Part shown: piece after piece, positions 29,259-39,492 of the stretch
Numbering within the stretch: the first letter of the stretch is position 1
How the letters are laid out: every line of letters begins with the position of its first letter
Assembly (NCBI GenBank): GCA_964473465.1
Contig: CAYYPE010000001.1
Span: forward strand, 310,789 to 374,788
Length of the DNA: 64,000 nt
Direction of reading: 5' to 3'
DNA from: an uncultured Hyphomicrobiales bacterium
Lineage (GTDB): Bacteria > Bacteroidota > Ignavibacteria > Kapaibacteriales > UBA2268
Notes under the pieces: model-generated
Databases searched by the model: none
The model's input: only the letters and a program-made list of their open reading frames with translations
Told to the model about the DNA's origin: nothing
Translations under genes and position numbers: made by a program

Positions 29259-31508
29259 TTAACTTCTCGTAGAAAGTTTTTCTGCAATTTGAGAATATTC
29301 ATCAAGAGAGTTAATAATCTTATCAAGAGCTAATCTGTCGGTAAATCCACATAGTTGTTCTCCGTAATTTTTAAGGGAGTTTATTCTATGTTCCTCACCA
29401 ATAGTTTTAATTTCGACAGCAAATTTCCTAATAGCTCCAATCATCATAGATTTTTTTAATTTATTGCAGGTTTCAAGCAACTCACCTGTGATTCTTTCAA
29501 TCAATTCTTCATTTAAATTCTGTTCCTCAAATTCAATTGCATTATCGGATTTATTGTTATTTTCAGCAATATTTGAGGAAGCATCAGGTAAAATTTGCTC
29601 ATTTGACTTTTTGTGAGGAAGGTATTTCAGCAAAGCATCAAAAAGGTCTTTTCTTTCGAGAGGTTTTCGAATGAAACCATTGAAACCGATTTGTTGAATT
29701 TTATCTTCGTCGGATTTCATAGTGGAAGCTGTCAGGGCAATAACAGGAATGGCATTGGTGTCAGGATTTTCCTTAATAATCCGGGTAGCTTCGTATCCGT
29801 CCATAACAGGCATTTTTATGTCCATAAAAACGATAGCCGGTTTATATTGGTTAGCAAATTCAACGGCATACTTACCGTTATTAGCCTGAATAAGTTTCAG
29901 ATTATGATTTTTAAGAATTTCGATGATTAGTTGGCGGTTAACGTCCGTATCGTCAACAATCAGAACAGTTGAACCCTGAAATTCGACATCAAATGTTTCC
30001 AATGGGACAATATCATCTCTTATCTCAATGTCAGTTTTATCTGGAATCTTAATATCTGGCAGGAAAATTCTGAAAGTGCTGCCCTTGTTAACCTCGCTTT
30101 CCAGAGTTATATAGCCATTCATCATCTCGACAAGGCGTCTTGTTATTGTCAGACCAAGACCTGTTCCGCCATAGACTTTCTGGGATTGCCCGTCTTGTTG
30201 TCTGAATGCTTCAAAGATAACATTCATTTGTTCTTTGGGAATTCCAATACCTGTATCAATAACTTCAATAATTAAATCAAGACTTTTTTCGGATATTTTT
30301 CTGGTGTAGGCATTTATATGAACAAAGCCGTTTTTCGTAAATTTAATTGCATTACCAACCAGATTCAATAAGATTTGCCTTAATCTTGTGTCGTCGATGA
30401 TTAGATAATCAGGAACAGCGGGGTCGAGATTGTAATCTAATTCTAATTTTTTTTCATTTGCTTTTATGATGAAAATTTGTTTGACGTCCTTGAGGAGGTC
30501 TTTGAAGTTAGCAGGGTTATATTGCAATTCAAGTTTTCCAGCTTCGATTTTTGATAAATCAAGAATATCATTAAGTAAAGTGAGTAAATTTCTACCGCTT
30601 GTTAAGATTGTTTTAACGTATTCACGGTTTGTTTCATCTTTGATTCTTGTCAGCAGTAATTCACTGAAACCAAGAATAGAGTTCATAGGGGTTCGGATTT
30701 CGTGGGACATATTAGCAAGAAATTCCCCTTTGAGTCTGCTGGCTTCGTCTGCTGCTTCTTTAGTTTTTCTGAGTAGTTCAGCTTCTTTTTTCTTTTCTGT
30801 AACGTCCTGAAAGATAGTAACGAGGCATTTTTTACCATAAAGATCAATAGTTTTAGCGGTAATGACAGCATTAACCTCCTCAGAATTTTTCTTTTGCATA
30901 ACGAGTTCGTATTCTCTGATATGGGATTTTTCGCCAATTTTATACTGAATAATCGAAAAGTCGGATGAATTTTTCCAGATGGGTAGGTTTTGTATAAGGG
31001 CGTCAGAGGGAACATCGGATTTTTCGAGCCCGAACATTTTGAAAAAATTTGAGTTGGATTCGATAACATTACCTTCGGGGAACATTATTAATACTATAGC
31101 AAAAGGGGAAGAATGAAGAATAGTGAAAAATGTTCCCAAGCTTTCGCTAAGAGATACTTCGGTTGCTAATCTTGCCGAAATTTCATTTTGAAGGCGTTCG
31201 TTGATTTCCTGAAGTTGAAGGCGTGAATTCTCGAGTTCCTGATTCATTTCGTTGATATAAGCCTTCTCCCATTTTTCTTTATTTATTTGCTCCTGATATC
31301 TTTTTCTTTCTTTTAAAATGAACCTTCTTCGCAGAATGAAAATTAAAATATTCAAAATTGTTAGAAAAATTAGAGAAATCAGAATTATCATACTATCTCT
31401 GCCAAAATCAGATGTAATTATTGATTCTGCTTTTACATTGAAAGTAATCGTCAAAATCAAGAATATAAATATTAATAATATATTTGCTATTGATTGCAGT
31501 TTAATCAA
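29259..31508 (-). CDS. Hybrid sensor histidine kinase / response regulator (TM + PAS + HisKA + HATPase_c + REC, probable C-terminal HPt)
   Basis: H-box MSHEIRTPMNSILGF, N/G boxes (LLNLVGNAIKFT, GTGLGLTI), REC with VLIVDDTDVNRQ...MDIKMPVMDG, N-terminal TM segments. 749 aa. Confidence 0.85.
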   Translation of the reverse strand: MIKLQSIANILLIFIFLILTITFNVKAESIITSDFGRDSMIILISLIFLTILNILIFILRRRFILKERKRYQEQINKEKWEKAYINEMNQELENSRLQLQEINERLQNEISARLATEVSLSESLGTFFTILHSSPFAIVLIMFPEGNVIESNSNFFKMFGLEKSDVPSDALIQNLPIWKNSSDFSIIQYKIGEKSHIREYELVMQKKNSEEVNAVITAKTIDLYGKKCLVTIFQDVTEKKKEAELLRKTKEAADEASRLKGEFLANMSHEIRTPMNSILGFSELLLTRIKDETNREYVKTILTSGRNLLTLLNDILDLSKIEAGKLELQYNPANFKDLLKDVKQIFIIKANEKKLELDYNLDPAVPDYLIIDDTRLRQILLNLVGNAIKFTKNGFVHINAYTRKISEKSLDLIIEVIDTGIGIPKEQMNVIFEAFRQQDGQSQKVYGGTGLGLTITRRLVEMMNGYITLESEVNKGSTFRIFLPDIKIPDKTDIEIRDDIVPLETFDVEFQGSTVLIVDDTDVNRQLIIEILKNHNLKLIQANNGKYAVEFANQYKPAIVFMDIKMPVMDGYEATRIIKENPDTNAIPVIALTASTMKSDEDKIQQIGFNGFIRKPLERKDLFDALLKYLPHKKSNEQILPDASSNIAENNNKSDNAIEFEEQNLNEELIERITGELLETCNKLKKSMMIGAIRKFAVEIKTIGEEHRINSLKNYGEQLCGFTDRLALDKIINSLDEYSQIAEKLSTRS

Positions 31509-31766
31509 TTTTTATACTCAAATTTCACTAACAAGAAAAAATATCGTCATTTTTTCTATGTAATTAAATAATCAGATGCGAGCAGAGAATAAATTCATTA
31601 GGAGAAAAAAAGAATTGAGTTTTATTTAATTAATTGTTAATTTACATTTGTAACTAAACACAAAAGTATTCTTTTAGTTTAACATTATAACTAATTCAAC
31701 CTTTTTATAAATTTAAGTTGGTTTGGAAAGAACCAATTATTATGGAATTAACATGAAGGATAAATT

Positions 31767-32741
31767 ATGGCACAAACTTCAAAACTTGAGAAATCCGTGC
31801 AAGTAGCATTAGAGAACTTTATGGGTCTATCAAATGAAGAGATTTTTTTGGTGTTAACTGATGAGTATTTAAGCGATATCGGAAGGGTTTTTTTTGAAGT
31901 TGGGAAAAAAATTACTAATGAAGCTCTATATGTAGAAATGAAAGCAAGAGAAATCAATGGACAGGAACCCCCCGAACAAATAGCCGACCTTATGAAAAAT
32001 GTGGATGTTGTGGTTTGTCCAACTTATCGCTCACTTACACATACAGATGCCAGAAGAGAAGCCTCCAGCAAAGGAGTCAGAATCGGAACGATGCCCGGAA
32101 TCACTTTGGAAACAATTGAAAGATGCTTTGGAGCGAATCCCGATAAAATTGTCGAATTGACCGAAATGGTTTTCGAAAGAATGAAAAGGGTTAGTTATGT
32201 TAGGGTTACTACAAAAGCCGGGACAGATTTTATAATGAATATTAAGGGAAGAAGAATAATACCAAGCACAGGTGTTCTTAGAAAAATAGGAGAGAGTGGA
32301 AATTTACCCTCAGGAGAAGTCTATACTGCTCCCTGGGAGAAAAAATCAAACGGAATGATAGTATTTGACGGATCTTTTGCCGGAATAGGACTTCTCAAAA
32401 CCCCAATAAAAGTTGAGGTTAAGAATGGTTATATACATAAAATTGAGGGGGGCAAGGAAGCCAGCCAACTTGAAGAAATACTCAATAAAGCCGGAAAAGA
32501 CGCCAATGCTGTTGCTGAATTTGGCATAGGAACAAACTATAAAGCAAAACTTTGCGGTCAGATTCTTGAAGATGAAAAGGTTCTGGGCACAATTCATATT
32601 GCCTTCGGTAACAATGTTTCAATGGGTGGTAAGATTAATGTTAAGAGTCATCTTGATGGGTTGGTTAAGAAACCAACAGTCTATTTCGACGATGTTATCG
32701 TTATGAAAGATGGTAAATTTACCAAAGAAATGGAAGTATAA
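31767..32741 (+). CDS. M29-family (aminopeptidase T/AmpS-like) metallo-aminopeptidase
   Basis: C-terminal signature EFGIGTN ... GQILEDEKVLGTIHIAFGNN resembles the Peptidase_M29 metal-binding region. 324 aa is short for the family. Confidence 0.45.
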   Translation: MAQTSKLEKSVQVALENFMGLSNEEIFLVLTDEYLSDIGRVFFEVGKKITNEALYVEMKAREINGQEPPEQIADLMKNVDVVVCPTYRSLTHTDARREASSKGVRIGTMPGITLETIERCFGANPDKIVELTEMVFERMKRVSYVRVTTKAGTDFIMNIKGRRIIPSTGVLRKIGESGNLPSGEVYTAPWEKKSNGMIVFDGSFAGIGLLKTPIKVEVKNGYIHKIEGGKEASQLEEILNKAGKDANAVAEFGIGTNYKAKLCGQILEDEKVLGTIHIAFGNNVSMGGKINVKSHLDGLVKKPTVYFDDVIVMKDGKFTKEMEV

Positions 32742-32770
32742 ATCTTCTTTCATAAAAAATTCCAATCAAA

Positions 32771-33526
32771 ATGATTGAAATACCATATACACTTCTTGAG
32801 AAGCTGTCGAAGGCAAATAGTATTGTTGTTTTGACGGGAGCGGGCGTATCTGCTGAAAGTGGTGTGAAAACCTTCAGAGACCCTGATGGGTTATGGGCTG
32901 AATTCAATCCAATGGAACTTGCAAGTATTGATGGTTTTATGTCAAATCCGCAAAGAGTATGGAGTTGGTATCAGTATAGAGTTGAAATCGTAAAACATGT
33001 AAAACCGAATCCCGGACATTATGCAATAGCAGAAATGGAAAAGCTGTTTAATCATTTTGTATTGATTACTCAAAATGTTGATAGATTGCATCAAACTGCA
33101 GGCTCGTCCAATCCTATAGAATTGCATGGCAACATAATTGAAAATCATTGCTTCAATTGTAAAAAGCCTTTCTATGGTGAGACTGCTCTTCCGAATGGTG
33201 AAATTCCGAAATGCGAGCACTGTGGAGGGCTGATCAGACCCTCAGTCGTTTGGTTTGGGGAAATGCTGCCTTTCGATGCGTTAGTTAAAGCCGAAGATGA
33301 ATCTGCTAATTGTGATGTTTTCTTCAGTGTCGGGACTTCAGCCGAAGTCTATCCATCTGCAAACCTTCCTTTTATAGCCAAAAGAAACGGGGCTACACTT
33401 GTTGAAGTCAATACAAATTTAACAAAACTCTCTAACTATGTAGATTACAGAATTGCTGTACCTTCAGGGGAGTCTTTGCCAATCCTGTTAGAAAAATACA
33501 AAGAATTTATAAGAATGACTAAATAA
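32771..33526 (+). CDS. cobB: NAD-dependent protein deacylase (sirtuin, CobB type)
   Basis: VVLTGAGVSAESGVKTFRD, QNVDRLH, Zn-ribbon CFNC...CEHCGG, GTSAEVYP. 251 aa. Confidence 0.85.
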   Translation: MIEIPYTLLEKLSKANSIVVLTGAGVSAESGVKTFRDPDGLWAEFNPMELASIDGFMSNPQRVWSWYQYRVEIVKHVKPNPGHYAIAEMEKLFNHFVLITQNVDRLHQTAGSSNPIELHGNIIENHCFNCKKPFYGETALPNGEIPKCEHCGGLIRPSVVWFGEMLPFDALVKAEDESANCDVFFSVGTSAEVYPSANLPFIAKRNGATLVEVNTNLTKLSNYVDYRIAVPSGESLPILLEKYKEFIRMTK

Positions 33527-33687
33527 ATCCTTATCTTTTTTTAATTATTGCCGATATTATTTATTCGAGTTTCCTTTTTTGAAATTAAGTTACAAATAAA
33601 AAGTTTTAATATGGATTAATTTGGAACTTTGTTTTTAATAAAAAAAAATTTATATTTGCTTTTCGTAATATTTATTGGAGGTTAAAA

Positions 33688-34890
33688 ATGAATTTGAGAA
33701 GTGTAACAATTTCGGTTTTTGTTGCAACTTTATTACTGGTAATGGTCAGTTGTAATGTTGATAACAGCAACAGTCCATCCAGCAGTACAACAAAAACAGA
33801 ACTCACAAAACCCGGATTTAATGACCAATACATTATTGTATTGAACGACAGCAAGGATGCAAACTCATTATCATATATTTCGCCTGACGTAAATGCCAGA
33901 ATGATTCTATCTTCCAATGGGATACCGTCAGAGGCTTTAATTTTCGTTTATGATAAAGTTTTAAACGGATTTGCCGCAAAAATGAGTCTTGAGCAAGCCA
34001 ATAAACTTGCTTCAGATCCGAGAGTAAGCTATGTTGAGCCTGATCAGGAAGTAAAATTGCCTGAGGACATGATTGAAAATGTTGATATGAAAAAAGATCA
34101 AACCCAGACTCAGACCACACCATGGGGAATTAGCTATGTTGGTGGTTTCATTAATTCCTCAACTATTTCCAATGTAGCATGGATTCTTGATACTGGAGTT
34201 TATCTAACTCATTCGGATTTAAATGTTGTTACAAGTCGTTGCACAACATTTGTAACAAGCGGGGAAGATGCCAGAACAGCAAATGATTTACATGGTCATG
34301 GTACTCACGTTGCCGGAACAATTGCAGCAAAAAATAATACTATAGGAGTAGTAGGAGTTGCTGCCGGGGCAGGTGTTGTTGCAGTTAAGGTTTTAAATCG
34401 TTATGGCAGCGGGACATATTCACAGATTATATCAGGCTTGAATTATGTTGCAAGGTATGGTTCCAGAGGAGATGTTGTTAATATGAGTTTGGGCGGTTCA
34501 GCTTCCACTACTCTTGACAATGCAGTTAACAATTGTGCTTCTTATGGACTATATATCGCAATTGCAGCCGGGAACTCATCGGCTAACGCAGGTAACTATT
34601 CACCAGCAAGAGTAAATGGAACTGGAATTTATACAGTATCAGCACATAACAGCAGTGGTTATTTTGCTTCATTTTCGAATTATGGTAATCCTCCAATTGA
34701 TTATTGTGCACCTGGAGTTAGCGTATATTCTACCTACAAAGGCAACAGATATGCTACTATGAGTGGAACATCAATGGCAGCCCCGCATGTTGCTGGAATT
34801 CTTCTTGCAACAGGTGGACGAATAACAAACAGAGGAACAGTTTCCGGTGATAGGGATTCGTCTCCAGATCCACTTGCTTATCATAACTAA
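33688..34890 (+). CDS. Subtilisin-like (S8) serine protease lipoprotein with I9 propeptide
   Basis: Lipobox LVMVSCN. Catalytic triad contexts DTGVYLTHSDL, HGHGTHVAGTIAA, GTSMAAPHVAG. 400 aa. Confidence 0.9.
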   Translation: MNLRSVTISVFVATLLLVMVSCNVDNSNSPSSSTTKTELTKPGFNDQYIIVLNDSKDANSLSYISPDVNARMILSSNGIPSEALIFVYDKVLNGFAAKMSLEQANKLASDPRVSYVEPDQEVKLPEDMIENVDMKKDQTQTQTTPWGISYVGGFINSSTISNVAWILDTGVYLTHSDLNVVTSRCTTFVTSGEDARTANDLHGHGTHVAGTIAAKNNTIGVVGVAAGAGVVAVKVLNRYGSGTYSQIISGLNYVARYGSRGDVVNMSLGGSASTTLDNAVNNCASYGLYIAIAAGNSSANAGNYSPARVNGTGIYTVSAHNSSGYFASFSNYGNPPIDYCAPGVSVYSTYKGNRYATMSGTSMAAPHVAGILLATGGRITNRGTVSGDRDSSPDPLAYHN

Positions 34891-34922
34891 GTTCTATAAA
34901 AATATGTAAATAAAATATTTTA

Positions 34923-34953
34923 ATCCGGCTCTTAATCAGAGTCGGATTTTTTA
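34923..34953 (+). terminator. Intrinsic terminator after the S8 protease gene
   Basis: ATCCGGCTCTtaatcAGAGTCGGATTTTTTATT. 10-bp stem (one G-U pair) followed by a T-tract. Confidence 0.6.
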
Positions 34954-34965
34954 TTATAATTATTT

Positions 34966-34995
34966 TTTGTGAAAATAAAAATTTTCTTATCTTTG
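34966..34995 (+). promoter_or_regulatory. Candidate Bacteroidota-type promoter for rpmI (-33 TTTG, -7 TAnnTTTG)
   Basis: TTTG at 34966..34969, then an 18-nt spacer, then TATCTTTG at 34988..34995, 37 nt upstream of the rpmI ATG. Matches the sigma-A(Bfr) consensus TTTG-N19(+/-2)-TAnnTTTG. Confidence 0.3.
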
Positions 34996-35031
34996 TAGTT
35001 CTATTTTTTTCAAAAATAAATTTTTAGTGAA

Positions 35032-35229
35032 ATGCCAAAGATGAAAACGAAAGGCTCAGCTAAGAAAAGATTTAAGCTGACCGGAACGGGAAGAATAAAA
35101 AGAGAAAAGGCTTTCAAGAATCATATATTGACTAAGAAAAGCCGAAAAACGAAAAGAAACCTAAGGCAATCAGCCCTTGTTCATCCAGTTGATGAACCAA
35201 GAATCAAAAAGTTGATTGCATTAGCATAA
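35032..35229 (+). CDS. rpmI: 50S ribosomal protein L35
   Basis: [24 protein letters not shown]... A typical 65-aa bL35. Confidence 0.9.
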   Translation: MPKMKTKGSAKKRFKLTGTGRIKREKAFKNHILTKKSRKTKRNLRQSALVHPVDEPRIKKLIALA

Positions 35230-35303
35230 TTTTAATTTCTGCAGAAGGGGTTCAAGCGAAGCTCTCCCTGAGCAATTTTTTTATATTAAATTAAGGGGTT
35301 TAT

Positions 35304-35651
35304 ATGCCAAGATCAAGAAATAAAGTAGCATCGCATAGGAAAAAGAAGAATTTCCTTAAACTTGCTAAAGGTTATTGGGGCAGAAGAAAAAATGTCTGGA
35401 CAATAGCCAAACATCACATCGAAAAAGGCTTGCAATATGCTTATCGTGACCGAAGAGCCAAGAAAAGAACATTCCGCTCGCTCTGGATTGTCAGAATTAA
35501 TGCTGCCGCAAGATTGAATGGAACTACTTACTCCAGGCTGATGCACCTGCTGAAAGAAAAAAATATTAATATTAACAGAAAACTCTTAGCCTATTTTGCT
35601 ATGAATAAGCCCGAGGTTTTCAAGTTAATAGTTGAACAGGCTAAAAATTAA
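35304..35651 (+). CDS. rplT: 50S ribosomal protein L20
   Basis: [30 protein letters not shown]... Canonical bL20. Confidence 0.9.
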   Translation: MPRSRNKVASHRKKKNFLKLAKGYWGRRKNVWTIAKHHIEKGLQYAYRDRRAKKRTFRSLWIVRINAAARLNGTTYSRLMHLLKEKNININRKLLAYFAMNKPEVFKLIVEQAKN

Positions 35652-35674
35652 TATAATTCAATCACCTATTAAAA

Positions 35675-36688
35675 ATGCAGGAAGAAATCAAAAAACTCGA
35701 GGCTTCAATAAAGGAGGAATTATCCAATATTGATAGCCTCGATAAACTTGAAGCATTCAAATTGATTCATCTGGTAAAAAAAGGAACAGTTCAGTCTTTG
35801 TTCGAAAAACTCAAAGATGTTCCAAAAGAACTTAAACCTGAAACAGGCAAATTGTTGAATCAGTTAAAATCATTTGCCGAAACTGAATATCAAAATCTTA
35901 GGGAAAGGTTTGATAAACAGAAAGAAACTACAACTGATTTAGACCTCACTTTGCCCGGCAGGAGAAATTTTAAAGGGACATTTCACCCGATAAATCAGAC
36001 ATTGACAAAAATGGTCGAAATCTTTGTTTCTATGGGATTTGAAGTAGCCGAGGGACCGGACATCGAAGATACATATTATAATTTTGACGCTTTGAATTTT
36101 CCACCCGACCATCCTGCAAGAGATATGCAGGACACATTCTTCATAGAAGGCGAGGGGAATTTGCTGCTCAGAACTCATACATCGCCTGTTCAGATAAGAG
36201 TTATGAAAAGTCAGAAACCTCCTATCCGATGCATTATGCCGGGCAGAGTTTATAGAAATGAAGCTATAAGTGCCCGTTCACTGGCTGAATTTCATCAAAT
36301 CGAAGGTTTATACATTAATAAAACGGTAACCTTTGCAGAATTAAAGGGTACTTTGATAGCCTTTGCAAAGAAAATGTACGGCGAGGAATCAAAATTCAGA
36401 TATCGTCCCTCTTTCTTTCCGTTTACTGAGCCAAGTGCAGAACTCGACATAACATGTTTCCTTTGCAAAGGTAAGGGCTGTCGTGTTTGTAAATATTCGG
36501 GCTGGCTCGAAATAGCAGGTTGCGGTATGGTTCATCCCAATGTTTTGAAAGCTGGAGGAATAGACCCCGAAGAATATACAGGATATGCTTTTGGTTTTGG
36601 AATTGAGCGGGTTACAATGCTCAAGACAGGCATAGATGATATACGATTGCTTTATGAAAATGATGTTCGTGTATTAAATCAATTCTAA
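35675..36688 (+). CDS. pheS: Phenylalanine--tRNA ligase alpha subunit
   Basis: Class II aaRS motifs ([33 protein letters not shown]). 337 aa. Confidence 0.9.
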   Translation: MQEEIKKLEASIKEELSNIDSLDKLEAFKLIHLVKKGTVQSLFEKLKDVPKELKPETGKLLNQLKSFAETEYQNLRERFDKQKETTTDLDLTLPGRRNFKGTFHPINQTLTKMVEIFVSMGFEVAEGPDIEDTYYNFDALNFPPDHPARDMQDTFFIEGEGNLLLRTHTSPVQIRVMKSQKPPIRCIMPGRVYRNEAISARSLAEFHQIEGLYINKTVTFAELKGTLIAFAKKMYGEESKFRYRPSFFPFTEPSAELDITCFLCKGKGCRVCKYSGWLEIAGCGMVHPNVLKAGGIDPEEYTGYAFGFGIERVTMLKTGIDDIRLLYENDVRVLNQF

Positions 36689-36856
36689 TTTTTTAACAAA
36701 TCAATATATTCTGAATTTATTGATCGTAAAATAATACAATTTAAATACTTTTTGAAACAAATAGAATTATTCGATATTGAATAATGATTATTCAAATAAG
36801 TATTAAATTTGTATTTTTTGATTATTTTAATGAAAATAAATTCTTCGGATTAAAAT

Positions 36857-38047
36857 ATGAGTGAACAAATTATTCCTGTGAATAACGAAAAAGAAAATAT
36901 TGAAAAAACATCGGAAGGTATCCTCCTTGTTGCATTAATAATAAGGTATAAATGGTTTATTTTATTATTTACACTGATTGGAACATTAGTTGCCACAGTC
37001 ATTGCTTTTATACTGCCTAACTGGTATAGTGCAACAGCAAACGTTGTTCCTCCAAAAAGCACAAGTCTGGGTTTTGAAGGAATGATGAATAATCTGTCTT
37101 CAACCCTCAAAGATATTGGACTTACAAAATTAGGCGGTAAAGGAGAAGGAGCATATAGTTTGCTTGTGATCCTAGATTCAAGAACCGTCAAGGATAGTAT
37201 TATAAAAAAATATAAATTAATGGAGAGATACGAAATTGAATCGGGAAGGATGGTTGATGTAAGAAAGGCTTTCGAGGAAAATTTAGAAATTGAAGCTGAA
37301 AAAGAAGGAAATTATACAATAACTATAACAGACAAAGACCCAAAAGTAGCAGCAATGATGGCAAATGACTATGTTCAGATTGCCAATGGATTAGCTCAGA
37401 ACTTATTCAATCTGGAATCAAGGGTCAACAGAGAATATTTACAGAAAAGGATAAATGCAACAGAGGAAAATATATCAAGAATTTCGGACTCAATAAGAAT
37501 ATATTCCCAGTCTAAATTAATTTTTTCACCACAAGATCAGGCAAAAGCTCTATCAACAGCTTTGATTGATTTGAAGGCTGAATTGATGAAACAAGAAATC
37601 ATTCTGGATTTATTAACCAATAAATATGGAAAAGATGATCCATACACGGTGATGCAAGCCGGTGTAATTAACCAACTAAAAACACAACTTTCAAACGCAC
37701 AAAATCAGCCCGGATTTGGAGGAAATTTTGCTTTGAACAAAGCAGCTGAAGTTGGAATTGAATTTATGAGGCTTTATGCAGAATTCGAAACAATGAACAA
37801 GGTTAAAGCTTTTCTTATTCCTATGCTTGAGGAAGCCAGATTAAACGAAATACGGCAGACTCAATCCCTCTTTATTGTTGACAAGGCAATACCTCCGGAT
37901 AAAAAAATAAAGCCAAAAAGATCACTAATAATATTAGGCTCAGCAGTGGGTTTGTTTTTATTATCTGTGATTTTTACTTTGATTTTTAACTCTTATAAAA
38001 GTTTTAGCAAACAAGTCAAAAAAATCAATTCCGAAAACAATAATTAA
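36857..38047 (+). CDS. Wzz/GumC-type polysaccharide chain-length determinant
   Basis: N-terminal TM (ILLFTLIGTLVATVIAFILPNWY), long coiled-coil periplasmic region, C-terminal TM (SLIILGSAVGLFLLSVIFTLIF). Confidence 0.65.
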   Translation: MSEQIIPVNNEKENIEKTSEGILLVALIIRYKWFILLFTLIGTLVATVIAFILPNWYSATANVVPPKSTSLGFEGMMNNLSSTLKDIGLTKLGGKGEGAYSLLVILDSRTVKDSIIKKYKLMERYEIESGRMVDVRKAFEENLEIEAEKEGNYTITITDKDPKVAAMMANDYVQIANGLAQNLFNLESRVNREYLQKRINATEENISRISDSIRIYSQSKLIFSPQDQAKALSTALIDLKAELMKQEIILDLLTNKYGKDDPYTVMQAGVINQLKTQLSNAQNQPGFGGNFALNKAAEVGIEFMRLYAEFETMNKVKAFLIPMLEEARLNEIRQTQSLFIVDKAIPPDKKIKPKRSLIILGSAVGLFLLSVIFTLIFNSYKSFSKQVKKINSENNN

Positions 38048-38055
38048 AAACGGGT

Positions 38056-39492
38056 TTGAACGGAGCTTTTAAAATAGAACTCAGGGATTTTCGGGAAAAG
38101 ATCACAGTGGGGTCTGTCTCTATTCTTACTCTTTTAACTGCTGCTGCAATTTGGGCGGGTATTGATCAGGAATATGGTCTGATTGTTTTGGCTGGGATAG
38201 TTGGTATTTTATTAATTTATGCTTTCATTAAACATCCGAAATTCTGGTTATACTTTGTAGCTGTTTTTTCAGGCACTTATTTCGTTGAGACAAAACCGGG
38301 AGTATCTGCTTATGATGTAATCACGGGGATTTTTCTGCTGGGTGGACTTTTTTTCTGGTTAATATGGGTCATCGGAGTAAAAAAGGTAAGGCTTTTCAGG
38401 AATTCCGCCGATAAGGCATTATTAATATTCTTTCTGTTTGCACCATTTAATGCAGTAATTGCAATTATTAACGAAGTCACTTTTCTTGATTGGGTTAGAG
38501 AATTTGGTTCTTATGCAATGATTCTTTACTATTTTCCAATCAGGTATCATATACGAGAAAAGAAAGAAATAATAACTTTTTTAAGTTGTTTTTCAATTGC
38601 AGTTCTTTATTGCGTTTTCAATCAATTCTATGCATACAATCAGCGTGCAATAAGTATGGCAGTTTATGCATTTGAACTCGAGCGTTCCTTAAGAATCAAT
38701 CAGACTTTATTCACAGCGGCAACTATATTTGGGATGGTATTCACATTATATACTAAGAAACCAATTCTGAAGACTCTTTTGTTAATATTTACAGTCCTTT
38801 CGTTTGGAGCTTTGCTCGTTTCGTTTTCAAGGACTTTCTGGGTTATATTGATTGCAGTTATATTGATAATGATGTTTTATATTGACAAAAAATCGAGAAT
38901 ACAAATTCTAACTGCCACAATTGTAATAATGGCGGCAATTTTTGGAATCGTCTATTTTGTTTTTAAGGAAAATACTGTTGTGATACTCAAGGTAGCAGAA
39001 AAGAGATTGACATCCACAACAAAAGGACAGAAAGATGAGTCTGTGCAAATTAGATTCAGTGAATACGAAAAGGTATTTGATGGTATTTGGAATTATCCAT
39101 TAGCTGGGAACGGTTTAGGAAAAAAAATTAGTTTTTTTGATCCTTTTGGTCTTTATACGATTAAAACGAATATTATTCATAACGGATACCTATGGTTTTT
39201 ATTCAGGTTTGGAATACCAGCATCACTGCTAATTTTCTTCTTCTATTTATATTATCTATTTAAGTTAGAGAAATTAGCCCGTAAAACTGAGGATAAATTT
39301 ACAAAAACTTTATATTTAAGCTGTTTTATGCTGATGCTTTTAATGATAATATCAGATTTTACAAGTGCCCAATTTATGTATAGAGATGGTATATTTACGT
39401 CTGTTATAGCGATTGCATTTGCTGAAAAATTTGTAAATTACAATCGAAACAATAATCAAATTGAACTAAGAAATGATAAACAATCTGGATAA
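38056..39492 (+). CDS. O-antigen ligase/polymerase family (Wzy_C) polytopic membrane protein
   Basis: About 11 TM helices with a large periplasmic loop carrying SFSRTFW ... NGLG ... IIHNGYLW, the Wzy/WaaL-type motifs. Confidence 0.55.
   Translation: MNGAFKIELRDFREKITVGSVSILTLLTAAAIWAGIDQEYGLIVLAGIVGILLIYAFIKHPKFWLYFVAVFSGTYFVETKPGVSAYDVITGIFLLGGLFFWLIWVIGVKKVRLFRNSADKALLIFFLFAPFNAVIAIINEVTFLDWVREFGSYAMILYYFPIRYHIREKKEIITFLSCFSIAVLYCVFNQFYAYNQRAISMAVYAFELERSLRINQTLFTAATIFGMVFTLYTKKPILKTLLLIFTVLSFGALLVSFSRTFWVILIAVILIMMFYIDKKSRIQILTATIVIMAAIFGIVYFVFKENTVVILKVAEKRLTSTTKGQKDESVQIRFSEYEKVFDGIWNYPLAGNGLGKKISFFDPFGLYTIKTNIIHNGYLWFLFRFGIPASLLIFFFYLYYLFKLEKLARKTEDKFTKTLYLSCFMLMLLMIISDFTSAQFMYRDGIFTSVIAIAFAEKFVNYNRNNNQIELRNDKQSG

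Noticed and set aside
32771-33526. Sir2 gene considered as a possible anti-phage defence-associated SIR2 effector
   Set aside because: It has the classical sirtuin catalytic core with a Zn-ribbon and a typical CobB size of 251 aa. It has no fused effector or partner domains and no adjacent defence genes.
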